Assembly (NCBI GenBank): GCA_038323255.1
Contig: JBBQGS010000001.1
Location: 1-48,193, forward strand
Length of the DNA: 48,193 bases
Direction: 5' to 3'
DNA from: Erysipelotrichales bacterium
GTDB taxonomy: Bacteria; Bacillota_I; Bacilli_A; Erysipelotrichales; Erysipelotrichaceae
Shown in pieces: positions 26,283 to 35,105 of the stretch. The notes under the pieces are model-generated. The model saw nothing but the letters and a program-made list of their open reading frames with translations, did no database searches and was not told where the DNA came from. The position numbers and the translations under genes were made by a program. Positions within the stretch are counted from its first letter, which is position 1. Each line of letters starts with the position of its first letter.

Positions 26283-26618
26283 CTATAAGACGGAGATCAA
26301 CTTCATGAAATTCTTATCGCGGCAGCGCTGCATAACGGTGAACCAGTCGATGATTGTCAGAATGCCGCAGAGCCCGCCGGTAAATAATTTCAGAAGTCCC
26401 ATCCCGATATCACCCATCAAGAAGCGGTCGACCCCCAGTGTCCCCAAAAAGATCGACACTAATAGCATGACATTGGGATCGTGGTATTCCATCGCACTGA
26501 TCAGGATAAGTTTGGAATCATCGACATTTTTCAGTTGTTCCTGGATGTAGAAGATTTTTTCAGTTGGAAAGAATTTTCCTTGGGTGGTCAAAAAATATAG
26601 CATTTTATCTTCTGTCAT
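26283..26618 (-). CDS. TM2-domain protein
   Basis: LGTLGVDRFLMGDIGMGLLKLFTGGLCGILTIIDWF is a TM2 domain (two helices with a DRF motif). It follows an about 50-aa soluble N-terminal part. The stop is 1 nt from the DUF2752 start. Confidence 0.8.
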   Translation of the reverse strand: MTEDKMLYFLTTQGKFFPTEKIFYIQEQLKNVDDSKLILISAMEYHDPNVMLLVSIFLGTLGVDRFLMGDIGMGLLKLFTGGLCGILTIIDWFTVMQRCRDKNFMKLISVL

Positions 26619-26835
26619 ACGTTTCCTCTTTCTGCCGGGGCAATCTTATCCCTGACGATTCTTGATGTGCTACATAGACTAAATACATCGATACGATGAT
26701 TTCTACCTTCCAAACTAGAACGCCACCCATTTGATTTCAACTTTTTTTCTTTTCCCATAGATCATACGCAGTCTAATGCTATGGTGAAGTCCCCTAGTAA
26801 GCCTTCACTAATTCCGGCTAAACCATTTTCTTTTC

Positions 26836-26865
26836 AGAAAAAAAGGACAATAAAATTTGTCCTTT
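26836..26865 (-). terminator. Rho-independent terminator 170 nt downstream of the DUF3048 gene
   Basis: The minus strand reads AAAGGACAA-ATTTTA-TTGTCCTTT followed by TTTTTTC. Confidence 0.6.
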
Positions 26866-27035
26866 AGCCCTGTTTTTTACCCTTTTCTAGATTCCCCATA
26901 GTATTTCGTTTCCCCGTTATTTAATTTGTCCGCTGCTATCCAGATGATCAAAGATGGCAAGACATACTACTTTGAACTAGATACCCCTGATCAAAAGCCA
27001 ATATTGTTAAACGCATGCTTGCTAGAGAAGCCCGC

Positions 27036-28049
27036 TTAGTTCATGCTGATGGGAATATTGGGGTGGACGACTTGGATCCAAGTGTTCCCTGGCAGTAATT
27101 TCATTTCCTTGCCTTTATCGTCATACCATTTGGTCGGTTTCCCTTCGACCGGTTTCTTCCACGTTCCTTTGACGTAGGTTCCATCGATGAAGTATTCGGC
27201 GACTCCGCTGCCTTCGAATTCGACGATGATGTACTGTACAGATTCGACCGCGTAATGCGGAGCATGCTGGATGATGATGTTGGTGACCTTCACTTGTTGT
27301 TTCGTATAAGCGTCAGTCATCGGTTGTTCGTTGATGGAGCGTGCATAACGATGTTCATCAGGTAGATAAGTATAGGTGATGCGGTTGTTTGAAGAATACT
27401 TGAGTTTTAGTTCCAATATTGCTTTCGTAGTATAATAGACGTTTTTATCGAAGAGGAAGTGTGGTGCGACTTCCGTTTGCGGGATCATCGACAACGCATC
27501 CATAGCATTGAAATAAGCGTTATGCGGGGCATATCGTGCCGGGTCGCGCGAGAAGAACTGATCGTTAAGTCCTGTATGGCCGTCGAATCTGACTGGAAAA
27601 CGGGTTGAATGGATAAGCGGAAGGACATTCCCTAAGCCTGTCTGACCTGCTCCGAAATGCGTAAAGGCGATGCCCCATTCGCGAATGACGCGAACAAAGG
27701 GGAAACGTGCACTGCGTACCGGTCCGACTTTGGTTGGAAAGGTCGTACTGAAAATCCCTAAGAATCTTGATATCTGCCAACTGTCCACGCAGATTTCATA
27801 AACCACGTCGGCTTGGGAAATCCCTGAATGAGGACGAGCCTCTGGTGTGTTTTCAAACATAACACCGACCGCCTGATATGTTTTCTCAAAAACGGTTTTC
27901 CCGGTAAATATCGAGGTCATTGCCGATTTGCTTTCATTCAGATACTCGATTGGATCAATCGCCGCAATCCCTGTGATCGGCGCTTTCGTCGTATTTGAGC
28001 ATCCTACAACCAGCAAGGCAACCAACAAAGACAATCCCCACTTGCGCAT
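27036..28049 (-). CDS. DUF3048 lipoprotein (YerB-like)
   Basis: Lipobox LLVVGC. SGISQADVVYEICVDSWQISRFLGIFS is typical of DUF3048. Length 337 aa. Confidence 0.78.
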   Translation of the reverse strand: MRKWGLSLLVALLVVGCSNTTKAPITGIAAIDPIEYLNESKSAMTSIFTGKTVFEKTYQAVGVMFENTPEARPHSGISQADVVYEICVDSWQISRFLGIFSTTFPTKVGPVRSARFPFVRVIREWGIAFTHFGAGQTGLGNVLPLIHSTRFPVRFDGHTGLNDQFFSRDPARYAPHNAYFNAMDALSMIPQTEVAPHFLFDKNVYYTTKAILELKLKYSSNNRITYTYLPDEHRYARSINEQPMTDAYTKQQVKVTNIIIQHAPHYAVESVQYIIVEFEGSGVAEYFIDGTYVKGTWKKPVEGKPTKWYDDKGKEMKLLPGNTWIQVVHPNIPISMN

Positions 28050-28171
28050 GTCTTTATCCTTCTTTCAATGTACATATTTTACCACAAAATTGCGCATCAG
28101 ATAAATCCTACTTTTTTTCTTTTTGTCCGTAAAATTCATGTATAATAGGTAAATCGAGGGAGGATTACCCC

Positions 28172-29518
28172 ATGAATGCTCAATCCTATGTCGCATCTGT
28201 CTATCAGCAAGTCCAGCAACGCAATGCCAATGAACCTGAATTTCTCAATGCTGTGAAGGAGATGTTCGATTCGTTGGTTCCCTACTTTGAAAAACATCCC
28301 GAATTGATCCCCGAAGGCTTACTGGAGCGCGTCGTCGAACCGGAACGTCTGATTCAATTCCGTGTCGCATGGGTGGATGACCAACACAAAGTCCAAGTGA
28401 ACCGCGGTTTCCGTGTTCAGTTTAATTCCGCCCTAGGTCCCTATAAAGGCGGTCTGCGTTTGCATCCGAGTGTCAATCAAAGCATCATCAAATTTCTCGG
28501 TTTCGAACAAGTCTTTAAAAACGCACTGACGACGCTTCCGATGGGCGGCGGCAAGGGCGGTTCTGATTTTGATCCCAAGGGCAAATCGGATGGCGAAGTC
28601 ATGCGATTCTGCCAGTCTTTCATGTCCGAACTGCAGCGTCATATCGGATCTGACGTCGACGTTCCGGCCGGCGACATTGGTGTCGGAGGACGTGAAATCG
28701 GTTATCTCTACGGGTACTACAAGAAAATCCGCGACATCCACACTCAAGGCATCCTGACCGGTAAGGGATTGGGCTATGGCGGTTCGTTGGTACGCACGCA
28801 AGCTACCGGCTACGGATTAGTCTATTTCGTTGAAAAGATGGTATCTGAAGTCAATCTGGAAGTCCGCAACAGTACCGCATTAGTTTCCGGTTCAGGCAAC
28901 GTCGCAATCTATGCGATTGAGAAACTCCAGCAGTTGGGAGCGAAAGTCATCGCATGCAGCGATTCTGAAGGATACATTGTCGATCCGGAGGGCATCAAAC
29001 TCGACCTTGTGAAGGAAATCAAGGAAGAACGCCGCGGAAGAATCAAAGAATACCTTGGCTTTGCTCCACATGCGACCTTCCACGAAGGTAGTACGGGTAT
29101 TTGGTCAATCCCCTGCGATATTGCCCTGCCTTGCGCTACACAAGGCGAATTGGATGGTGATTCCGCGAAGCTGTTGATCAAGAACGGATGCAAAATTATC
29201 GCCGAAGGTGCGAATATGCCGACGACATTGGAAGCAACCGACCTTTTTATAAAAAACAACGTATTCTTCGGACCTGGAAAAGCCGCCAATGCCGGTGGTG
29301 TCGCCACCTCCGGTTTGGAGATGAGCCAAAATAGTCTGCGCCTCAGTTGGACATTTGAGGAAGTCGACGAGAAACTGAAAGAGATCATGAGTAAGATCTA
29401 CGAGAACGCAAAAAGGACCGCCGAAGCTTTCGACGATCCAATGAATCTGGTATTAGGCGCTAATATTGCCGGCTTCGAGAAAGTCGCATTGGCCATGAAG
29501 GCTCAAGGTGTACTCTAA
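28172..29518 (+). CDS. gdhA: NADP-specific glutamate dehydrogenase
   Basis: GPYKGGLRLHPSVN, PMGGGKGGSDFDPKGKSDGE and GSGNVAIYA (Rossmann fold) are present. Length 448 aa. RBS GAGGGAGGA. Confidence 0.95.
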   Translation: MNAQSYVASVYQQVQQRNANEPEFLNAVKEMFDSLVPYFEKHPELIPEGLLERVVEPERLIQFRVAWVDDQHKVQVNRGFRVQFNSALGPYKGGLRLHPSVNQSIIKFLGFEQVFKNALTTLPMGGGKGGSDFDPKGKSDGEVMRFCQSFMSELQRHIGSDVDVPAGDIGVGGREIGYLYGYYKKIRDIHTQGILTGKGLGYGGSLVRTQATGYGLVYFVEKMVSEVNLEVRNSTALVSGSGNVAIYAIEKLQQLGAKVIACSDSEGYIVDPEGIKLDLVKEIKEERRGRIKEYLGFAPHATFHEGSTGIWSIPCDIALPCATQGELDGDSAKLLIKNGCKIIAEGANMPTTLEATDLFIKNNVFFGPGKAANAGGVATSGLEMSQNSLRLSWTFEEVDEKLKEIMSKIYENAKRTAEAFDDPMNLVLGANIAGFEKVALAMKAQGVL

Positions 29519-29540
29519 ACTGCAGAAATGCAGTTTTTTT
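29517..29540 (+). terminator. Rho-independent terminator after gdhA
   Basis: AAACTGCA-GAAA-TGCAGTTT followed by a run of T. It lies between convergent genes. Confidence 0.8.
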
Positions 29541-30165
29541 ATGATCCTGATGGATTAACCTTTGGAAGGTCTTGATAGAAAGACATGAAATCACCGGTAA
29601 TCGCGTTGAACATCGCTTTGTTGATGTCGCCGCCGTCCATCTTCCACTTTCCGTCGACCAAAGTCAGTTTGATGTCAGCTAGCACGATATGATCTTTCTT
29701 ACTCGCATTGGCTGTTGTCATGAACAAGTCGTTCATCATCGTTGTAATCTCAGCTGCTGTCATCGGCGGTACTTTCTTGATGATTGCAGGGATCTTCGCA
29801 AAATATTGTTTAAACCATTCCCGAAAGATCTCCGCCATGTTATAGGTAGTGAATTCTACATTTACCAACGCCGTTTCCTTGGTGACAGTTTCAGAAAGAA
29901 CCTTATAGTCGAAACTCGATAGCATCTCCAACATTTTCGTCGAGATTGCGTTGTTGACCGTTTGATCCCCTTCCACTTTTTTAAAGGCATCGTAGATTGT
30001 CACGGTTGAAGTAAAATAGTCCGTATCCACGAAGTCCGATTTCATGTTCGCTTTGACCGTTGTCAAAAAAGCTTTGATTGGTTCGCTAGGTTTCGGTTTT
30101 GCGGCGCAACCTCCCAAGGCAACCAGTATGATCAGCAAGAGAATCAGGCTTCTTTTCATTTGCAT
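29539..30165 (-). CDS. Lipoprotein of unknown function
   Basis: Signal peptide with lipobox ALGGC. Length 208 aa. No recognisable catalytic motif. GGAG lies 7 nt before the ATG. Confidence 0.6.
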   Translation of the reverse strand: MQMKRSLILLLIILVALGGCAAKPKPSEPIKAFLTTVKANMKSDFVDTDYFTSTVTIYDAFKKVEGDQTVNNAISTKMLEMLSSFDYKVLSETVTKETALVNVEFTTYNMAEIFREWFKQYFAKIPAIIKKVPPMTAAEITTMMNDLFMTTANASKKDHIVLADIKLTLVDGKWKMDGGDINKAMFNAITGDFMSFYQDLPKVNPSGS

Positions 30166-30270
30166 AGTTTACTCCGTTTTAGTTTTCCTTTTCAATTTTA
30201 CTTCTTACCAATGGTGAATTCAAGTGAACCTTCTACAAAAAACCATGCAGTTTCTTCTTTTTACCCTCAT

Positions 30271-31770
30271 TCAATTCAAAGGATTAAAATTATCAAATGG
30301 ATGATTGATCACTTCATAAAAGGCGCGATTTTTGTCTAAGTACGATGATTTGAAGGCAAGTTCAGAATGAATAGTCGTCGTTGTGGAAACTGGAATCATC
30401 ATATACGACTTGATGTTTTCGAGGATGGCCTTAAGTGAAACTTGACTCGGGTGCATCACAAATAAGAGACGTGAGCCCATACTGTACGTAGGCTTCATAT
30501 CTTTGGTGCCAGAGAGATTCGAGGATTTGATATCCCAGACACTGTTGGTGCTTAGTTGCAGTTTAATCAATTGCGAAAGTTCAACGATGGTGAGGTTTGT
30601 GTCAATGGAATCGCTTAAAGCGCGAATGACTCCTTCGACCTTTAGGATAGCAGCGGGTGCCGTCATCTTCTTGATGATCGCTTTGATGACTTCCTGTTGA
30701 TTCAGTCCACGCTGAACATCTCCTGTCGCAAATGATTTTCTTGCCCGGGAGAATTCGAGCGCCCTTGCTGAATTCAGACTGTTCATACCGACATTGTATT
30801 GGAAGTCATCTATTTTGAAGGCGTATTTCGAATAGACGTCGATGTTCCCAATCACATCGATCAGTTTTAGTAGCGAAGTGAAATTGACCCTGACATAGTA
30901 GTTAATATCGATTCCGACCAACTGTTCGATGGTTTTCACCGTACAACCGATCCCGTAGATGGCGGAGTCGGTCAGTTTGTCCATGCCTCCCGTGCGACAA
31001 CCCAACGATACATACGTGTCGCGCGGAATACTGATACTCAGCACTTTTTTTGTGATTGGATTGATGACCATCAAGATATCCACATCGCTGCGGGAGCGCA
31101 GGTTGATCGGCCCGGAAATGTCGATGCCGCTGATCAGAATGATGAACGGTTTTTGGGCGACATCTATCGCTTTGACAATGTTTTCTTTGAGATACGATTT
31201 CTCAATCGTTCCGATCAAAACCAACTCCGTGACCGATTTCGACTGAATCTCAAACAGGTTCTGATGCATCGCGTTATTGAGGATCAACACATCGATGTTT
31301 CCGTTTTTTAGCTTGCGTAGATTGTCCGAATCCTGTACCGCTTCGACCAAGGTATAACTTGAAATTTTCGTGTCAAGTTCACGCTTTATATAAGCAAGTG
31401 TTTCATCGTCCAGATTCGAAGAGTAGCCAAGTTTCTTCCCGCTTAACTCTTCGATTTTCACTACCTTTGAATGGGGCATCACATAGAACGAAAAGATACT
31501 GGTTTCAATCGGATTAAAAGCAATCAACCGAACTGCCGCACGATCAAAATAAAAGATTGAGGCGGATGCCGCCAGTAATAGAATACATAAGATGATCTTC
31601 GCTGTCTTCAAACGATAGAAAACGATGGTTACGCTCAATAACGATAATCCGAACACCGCGGTCCAAATCATCCAATTCGGCAGGAACCGATTGATGATAA
31701 GCAGTGCCGTAAACAAAAGAAGCGCAGCGATGAGTGCGATATTGAGTAGAAGCACAATTCTCTTTTTCAT
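30271..31770 (-). CDS. LytR-CpsA-Psr (LCP) glycopolymer ligase, CpsA/Wzg-type architecture
   Basis: Three N-terminal TM helices, an about 130-aa accessory domain, then the LCP core ILISGIDISGPINLRSRSDVDILMVINP..ISIPRDTYV..DKLTDS..GIDINYYVRVNF. GAGGA lies 8 nt before the ATG at 31770; the track ORF starts 12 codons earlier at a TTG. Confidence 0.88.
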   Translation of the reverse strand: MKKRIVLLLNIALIAALLLFTALLIINRFLPNWMIWTAVFGLSLLSVTIVFYRLKTAKIILCILLLAASASIFYFDRAAVRLIAFNPIETSIFSFYVMPHSKVVKIEELSGKKLGYSSNLDDETLAYIKRELDTKISSYTLVEAVQDSDNLRKLKNGNIDVLILNNAMHQNLFEIQSKSVTELVLIGTIEKSYLKENIVKAIDVAQKPFIILISGIDISGPINLRSRSDVDILMVINPITKKVLSISIPRDTYVSLGCRTGGMDKLTDSAIYGIGCTVKTIEQLVGIDINYYVRVNFTSLLKLIDVIGNIDVYSKYAFKIDDFQYNVGMNSLNSARALEFSRARKSFATGDVQRGLNQQEVIKAIIKKMTAPAAILKVEGVIRALSDSIDTNLTIVELSQLIKLQLSTNSVWDIKSSNLSGTKDMKPTYSMGSRLLFVMHPSQVSLKAILENIKSYMMIPVSTTTTIHSELAFKSSYLDKNRAFYEVINHPFDNFNPLN

Positions 31771-31824
31771 GTATATTTCCTCATGGGTTGAATCATAATC
31801 ATCCAAATATCATCCATGTAGACC

Positions 31825-31833
31825 ATCATACCA
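31825..31833 (-). promoter_or_regulatory. Extended -10 element (TGGTATGAT) upstream of the LCP gene
   Basis: The minus strand reads TGGTATGAT about 55 nt upstream of the ATG at 31770. There is no convincing -35. Confidence 0.3.
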
Positions 31834-32476
31834 TTTTTGCGCACATTAACCGTTGTTTGCGATATTGGGTGAACCGGAAACAATTCATCAAACTGAAAGA
31901 AAGAAACATTGAATTACATCATCCCACCTCAATAGGAAACGCCTGTTTGATTGTTCTTTCCACCCTGAACAGAAAGATTTGGGATGGCTTCTGTTCTTTC
32001 CCTATGATTTATATAGAACTATAAGTTCGTCATGCTCACAATATGGTGTTAGAATTATTAGAATTATTATTAAATTCCAGATTGATTGGTGTTTCAATTC
32101 TATCAACTCAAACACTTGCGATTATTTGGAATCCACAAAAAATAGTTTATTAAGGACATAGAATACATACCGCTAGTAATTGGGTATTCGCACTAGAAAC
32201 TGCGACTGTATTTTCGGATGTGGTTATCATCTTTCCTCAACACTTCATTATCCTTAACCTAATTTAACGAGTTTTGAGGTCAAAATGAGAACACTAAAAT
32301 AGTTCGAAAACGTTTTCAACTCCTTTTATTGAGCTCCTTATAAACGCTTTACTTCAGTTGATTTTTTTCGTTACTAGATTATCTAACTTAAGTTAGCTTT
32401 ATTCAATTTGATTAAGTATGGTTTCAATTATAATTCATGCAATCAACCAAAATTTCCCAACCGTGCTTAAATCCCT

Positions 32477-33865
32477 TTAGCGCATTGATTCGTCCTTGAA
32501 AAGATTATCTTGGTCCAACCGCGATTGACGCAAAATCATTTTCTTCACTTGGTGCGGTTGCAGGATAGAGTAAAAACTGATTGAAACGATGTTAGCTATA
32601 ACGACCCCGATCCAAGAATGGAAGAGATTGACAAATAGCCACGCTAATGGGAAATTGGCGATCGCCCCGATAGTAAAATACAGGTTCTGTGTTCTGAGTT
32701 GACCAAAACCGTTGGTTAAACTCTGATGGACTCCGTTCCAAATAATCAGACTGGCTGAAAAGGCGAAAATCAAAGCGAACTCGTAATTCACCTTGATTGA
32801 ATAACTTCCGAGCCAAAGATCGAGTGCAGATTGAAGAAAAAGGATGAAACAAAACTCCACGATTACTCCGATTATGGCGATTTTCTGTAATAACTTGTAT
32901 AGTTTGCTGATCCACTCGGATTTCCCTTCCGAATGTGCTTTTGTGACAGCCGACCATACCGGTGTTAAACTGAGAATAAAAAGTGAACCGAACAGGTTGA
33001 ACAGTTTATTGTAGATTTGATAGTCAACGACATAACTTGGACCGGATAACCAGGTGATAAGGAATTCATTGGTCATCGTTATAACGAGGTACATAATCTG
33101 AGCCCAGAAGAAGCTTCCTCCCAAAATCAGAATACGCTTAGCATAGGCTGGTCGATAATAGTTGAAACTCGGAGCAGAATCTTTTAAACTCGTAGAAAAG
33201 ACGACCCATGTCGCAATCAATGTTGGCAGATTCATCGAAAACACATAGACTAAGGATAAAGTAATCAAGGCTGCTCCGATATCGCCGTTTTTATAAATCA
33301 AGACGAACATTAGCATTAATATACTGCTGATGAGCGTTAAAAAGTTCGGCAAGGCTGATCGCTGCATGGCATGTAGAATTGACGAAATCAGTTTAAGCGA
33401 AAATTGAACTAAGATACCCATAGAAATGATCAAAACCGAAAGACGAAGTGTTTCAGTAGGCACGATCGTCGCATCAATATTGAAAGTGCGGTTCCAGTTT
33501 ATGATTGGGTTAAGGATGGCCGTGCAAACTGCGAACAGGATCATCAGAATACTAACGGAAATATAAGCGGAGGAAACAAGTTTCTTGATTTCAAGATTGT
33601 CCTTGCTGGCAATCTTGGGAACTAATAGATTACGCAAACCGTTTCCTACGCCTAAATCGAATGTGAGAATCCAAGATAAAACCGCTAGCATCGTAAACCA
33701 GAGACCCAAGATACGCGAGTCTTGAAAGAAAGACATGTAGGCTGGCATGGTAAACAGTGATATAACTAACGCTCCGCCTTTTACCATAAAAGCACCCATT
33801 GAGTTATAAACGAGAATTCTATTGTTTTTAATCCTAACAAAAATTCCCTCTATTGTTTTTCTCAT
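32477..33865 (-). CDS. Wzx-type (MOP superfamily) oligosaccharide flippase
   Basis: Length 462 aa with about 12-14 TM helices and a polysaccharide-biosynthesis-protein-like profile. AAGGTGG precedes the ATG. It sits within the glycan locus. Confidence 0.78.
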   Translation of the reverse strand: MRKTIEGIFVRIKNNRILVYNSMGAFMVKGGALVISLFTMPAYMSFFQDSRILGLWFTMLAVLSWILTFDLGVGNGLRNLLVPKIASKDNLEIKKLVSSAYISVSILMILFAVCTAILNPIINWNRTFNIDATIVPTETLRLSVLIISMGILVQFSLKLISSILHAMQRSALPNFLTLISSILMLMFVLIYKNGDIGAALITLSLVYVFSMNLPTLIATWVVFSTSLKDSAPSFNYYRPAYAKRILILGGSFFWAQIMYLVITMTNEFLITWLSGPSYVVDYQIYNKLFNLFGSLFILSLTPVWSAVTKAHSEGKSEWISKLYKLLQKIAIIGVIVEFCFILFLQSALDLWLGSYSIKVNYEFALIFAFSASLIIWNGVHQSLTNGFGQLRTQNLYFTIGAIANFPLAWLFVNLFHSWIGVVIANIVSISFYSILQPHQVKKMILRQSRLDQDNLFKDESMR

Positions 33866-33901
33866 TGCCCACCCACCTTTCTCCGGTTTCCTTACAACTG
33901 C

Positions 33902-34984
33902 TTATCTTAGCGACTTTTGATATAACTCGTCAATTTTTTGGTAAACTAATCTCTGTGAAAAATGTTCGGTACCGATTCTCAGCGATTCTTTGCGCATCTT
34001 CTTGGCTAATTCCGGATCTTGGATGATCTTTTCGATTGCTTCTTGAAGCGCTTGGCTATCCTTTGCAGGCACCAGCCATCCGTTGACTCCGTCAGTTACG
34101 ATTTCGGGATTCCCACCTACATTGGTAGCAATGATCGGCAAACCGACCGCTAGTGCTTCCAACAAGGAATTCGATAAATTTTCGTGCAACGTGGGGAACA
34201 CAAAAAGATCACTTTCTTTCAGAATCGCGAAGATGTCTTTGCGCCGAAGTAGAAAAAAGATTTTACCTGCCTGAATCTCCGGTTGATAATTTTTCATATA
34301 AGCATCGATATCTTTTCCATCTCCGCATAGCAGTAATCGAATCCTTGAATCCTTCAGGGCTCTGCTTGCCTCCAGTAAGTAGCTGATCCCCTTCTCCATG
34401 ACAATTCTTCCCGAATATACCAACAATAAGTCCTTCTCATTGAGCCCGAGTTCAGTTCGAATCGTATGAGAATCCGGGTTATCTTGGTTGAGTTGAGGCA
34501 TGGCGTTGTGGATTACGCCTGCAAATTTAGGGGATTTTTTTAGCCCGTGAATTCGATTAGACATATCTATGCATACTGTCGTAACGTACTTAGACATGAA
34601 CAATGTAATTGGTTCGATGATATATCCCATCATCATCTTTTTAACAAAAGATATTTCCAATGAATCGGTTGATTTTCCACGAATGGTCAAAATTATATTT
34701 CTATACCCCGCTAACCGTGAAGCTAAAACCGAATAGAATCCTTGCAGTTGAAGTCCAGAGATATGAATGATGTCAGGGTTAAATGATCTAATATCAAGAA
34801 TGAGACGGGAAATCAGATTTAGTCTTGGAAATAATCCAAATCTTCCATTGACTTGGATTTCTTTGAATTCATAATGATCTTTTAACCATGAATTCATCAT
34901 CAATCGCATGGAAACGGTAGGTCCTCCGATGCTTTCGGGATTGTAGACAAAAATCAAGACTTTTGGTTTTCCAACTCTACTCAT
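33902..34984 (-). CDS. GT4-family (GT-B fold) glycosyltransferase
   Basis: KVLIFVYNPESIGG at the N-terminus and the C-terminal E-x7-E region FPTLHENLSNSLLEALAVGLPIIATNVGGNPEIV. There is no SD upstream; the start overlaps the stop of a 22-codon uORF. Confidence 0.88.
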   Translation of the reverse strand: MSRVGKPKVLIFVYNPESIGGPTVSMRLMMNSWLKDHYEFKEIQVNGRFGLFPRLNLISRLILDIRSFNPDIIHISGLQLQGFYSVLASRLAGYRNIILTIRGKSTDSLEISFVKKMMMGYIIEPITLFMSKYVTTVCIDMSNRIHGLKKSPKFAGVIHNAMPQLNQDNPDSHTIRTELGLNEKDLLLVYSGRIVMEKGISYLLEASRALKDSRIRLLLCGDGKDIDAYMKNYQPEIQAGKIFFLLRRKDIFAILKESDLFVFPTLHENLSNSLLEALAVGLPIIATNVGGNPEIVTDGVNGWLVPAKDSQALQEAIEKIIQDPELAKKMRKESLRIGTEHFSQRLVYQKIDELYQKSLR

Positions 34985-35045
34985 GAATCAGATCACAGAA
35001 TACTGCCCTGAATAGTTTCTTAACAATAACTTTCATAGAGTGCAT
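34977..35045 (-). CDS. 22-codon upstream ORF (MHSMKVIVKKLFRAVFCDLIHE) translationally coupled to the GT4 gene
   Basis: The strong SD AAAGGAGG lies 7 nt before the ATG at 35045-35043. The stop TAG (34979-34977) overlaps the GT start (34984-34982), which itself lacks any SD. It is below the ORF-track cutoff and was found by hand. Confidence 0.4.
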   Translation of the reverse strand: MHSMKVIVKKLFRAVFCDLIHE

Positions 35046-35105
35046 GTTTCAACCTCCTTTCACATGCTAGCAAGTTCAAGTGGATTCACTGCGTTAACAG
35101 TACAA

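Noticed and set aside
26944-27039. 31-codon plus-strand ORF MIKDGKTYYFELDTPDQKPILLNACLLEKPA, convergent with the DUF3048 gene
   Set aside because: It has no SD, overlaps the stop of the opposing gene and has no family signature beyond a vaguely protein-like composition. It may be a gene remnant but is unsupported.
32051-32068. Tandem AGAATTATT x2, checked as a possible CRISPR or minisatellite seed
   Set aside because: There are only two copies of a 9-mer in AT-rich DNA, with no spacer-repeat periodicity. It is not a CRISPR array.
32150-32230. 26-codon minus-strand ORF MITTSENTVAVSSANTQLLAVCILCP in the 670-bp spacer, considered as a possible RiPP-like precursor
   Set aside because: The SD spacing is only 3 nt, there are no modifying-enzyme or transporter genes nearby, and the peptide has no known leader or core pattern.
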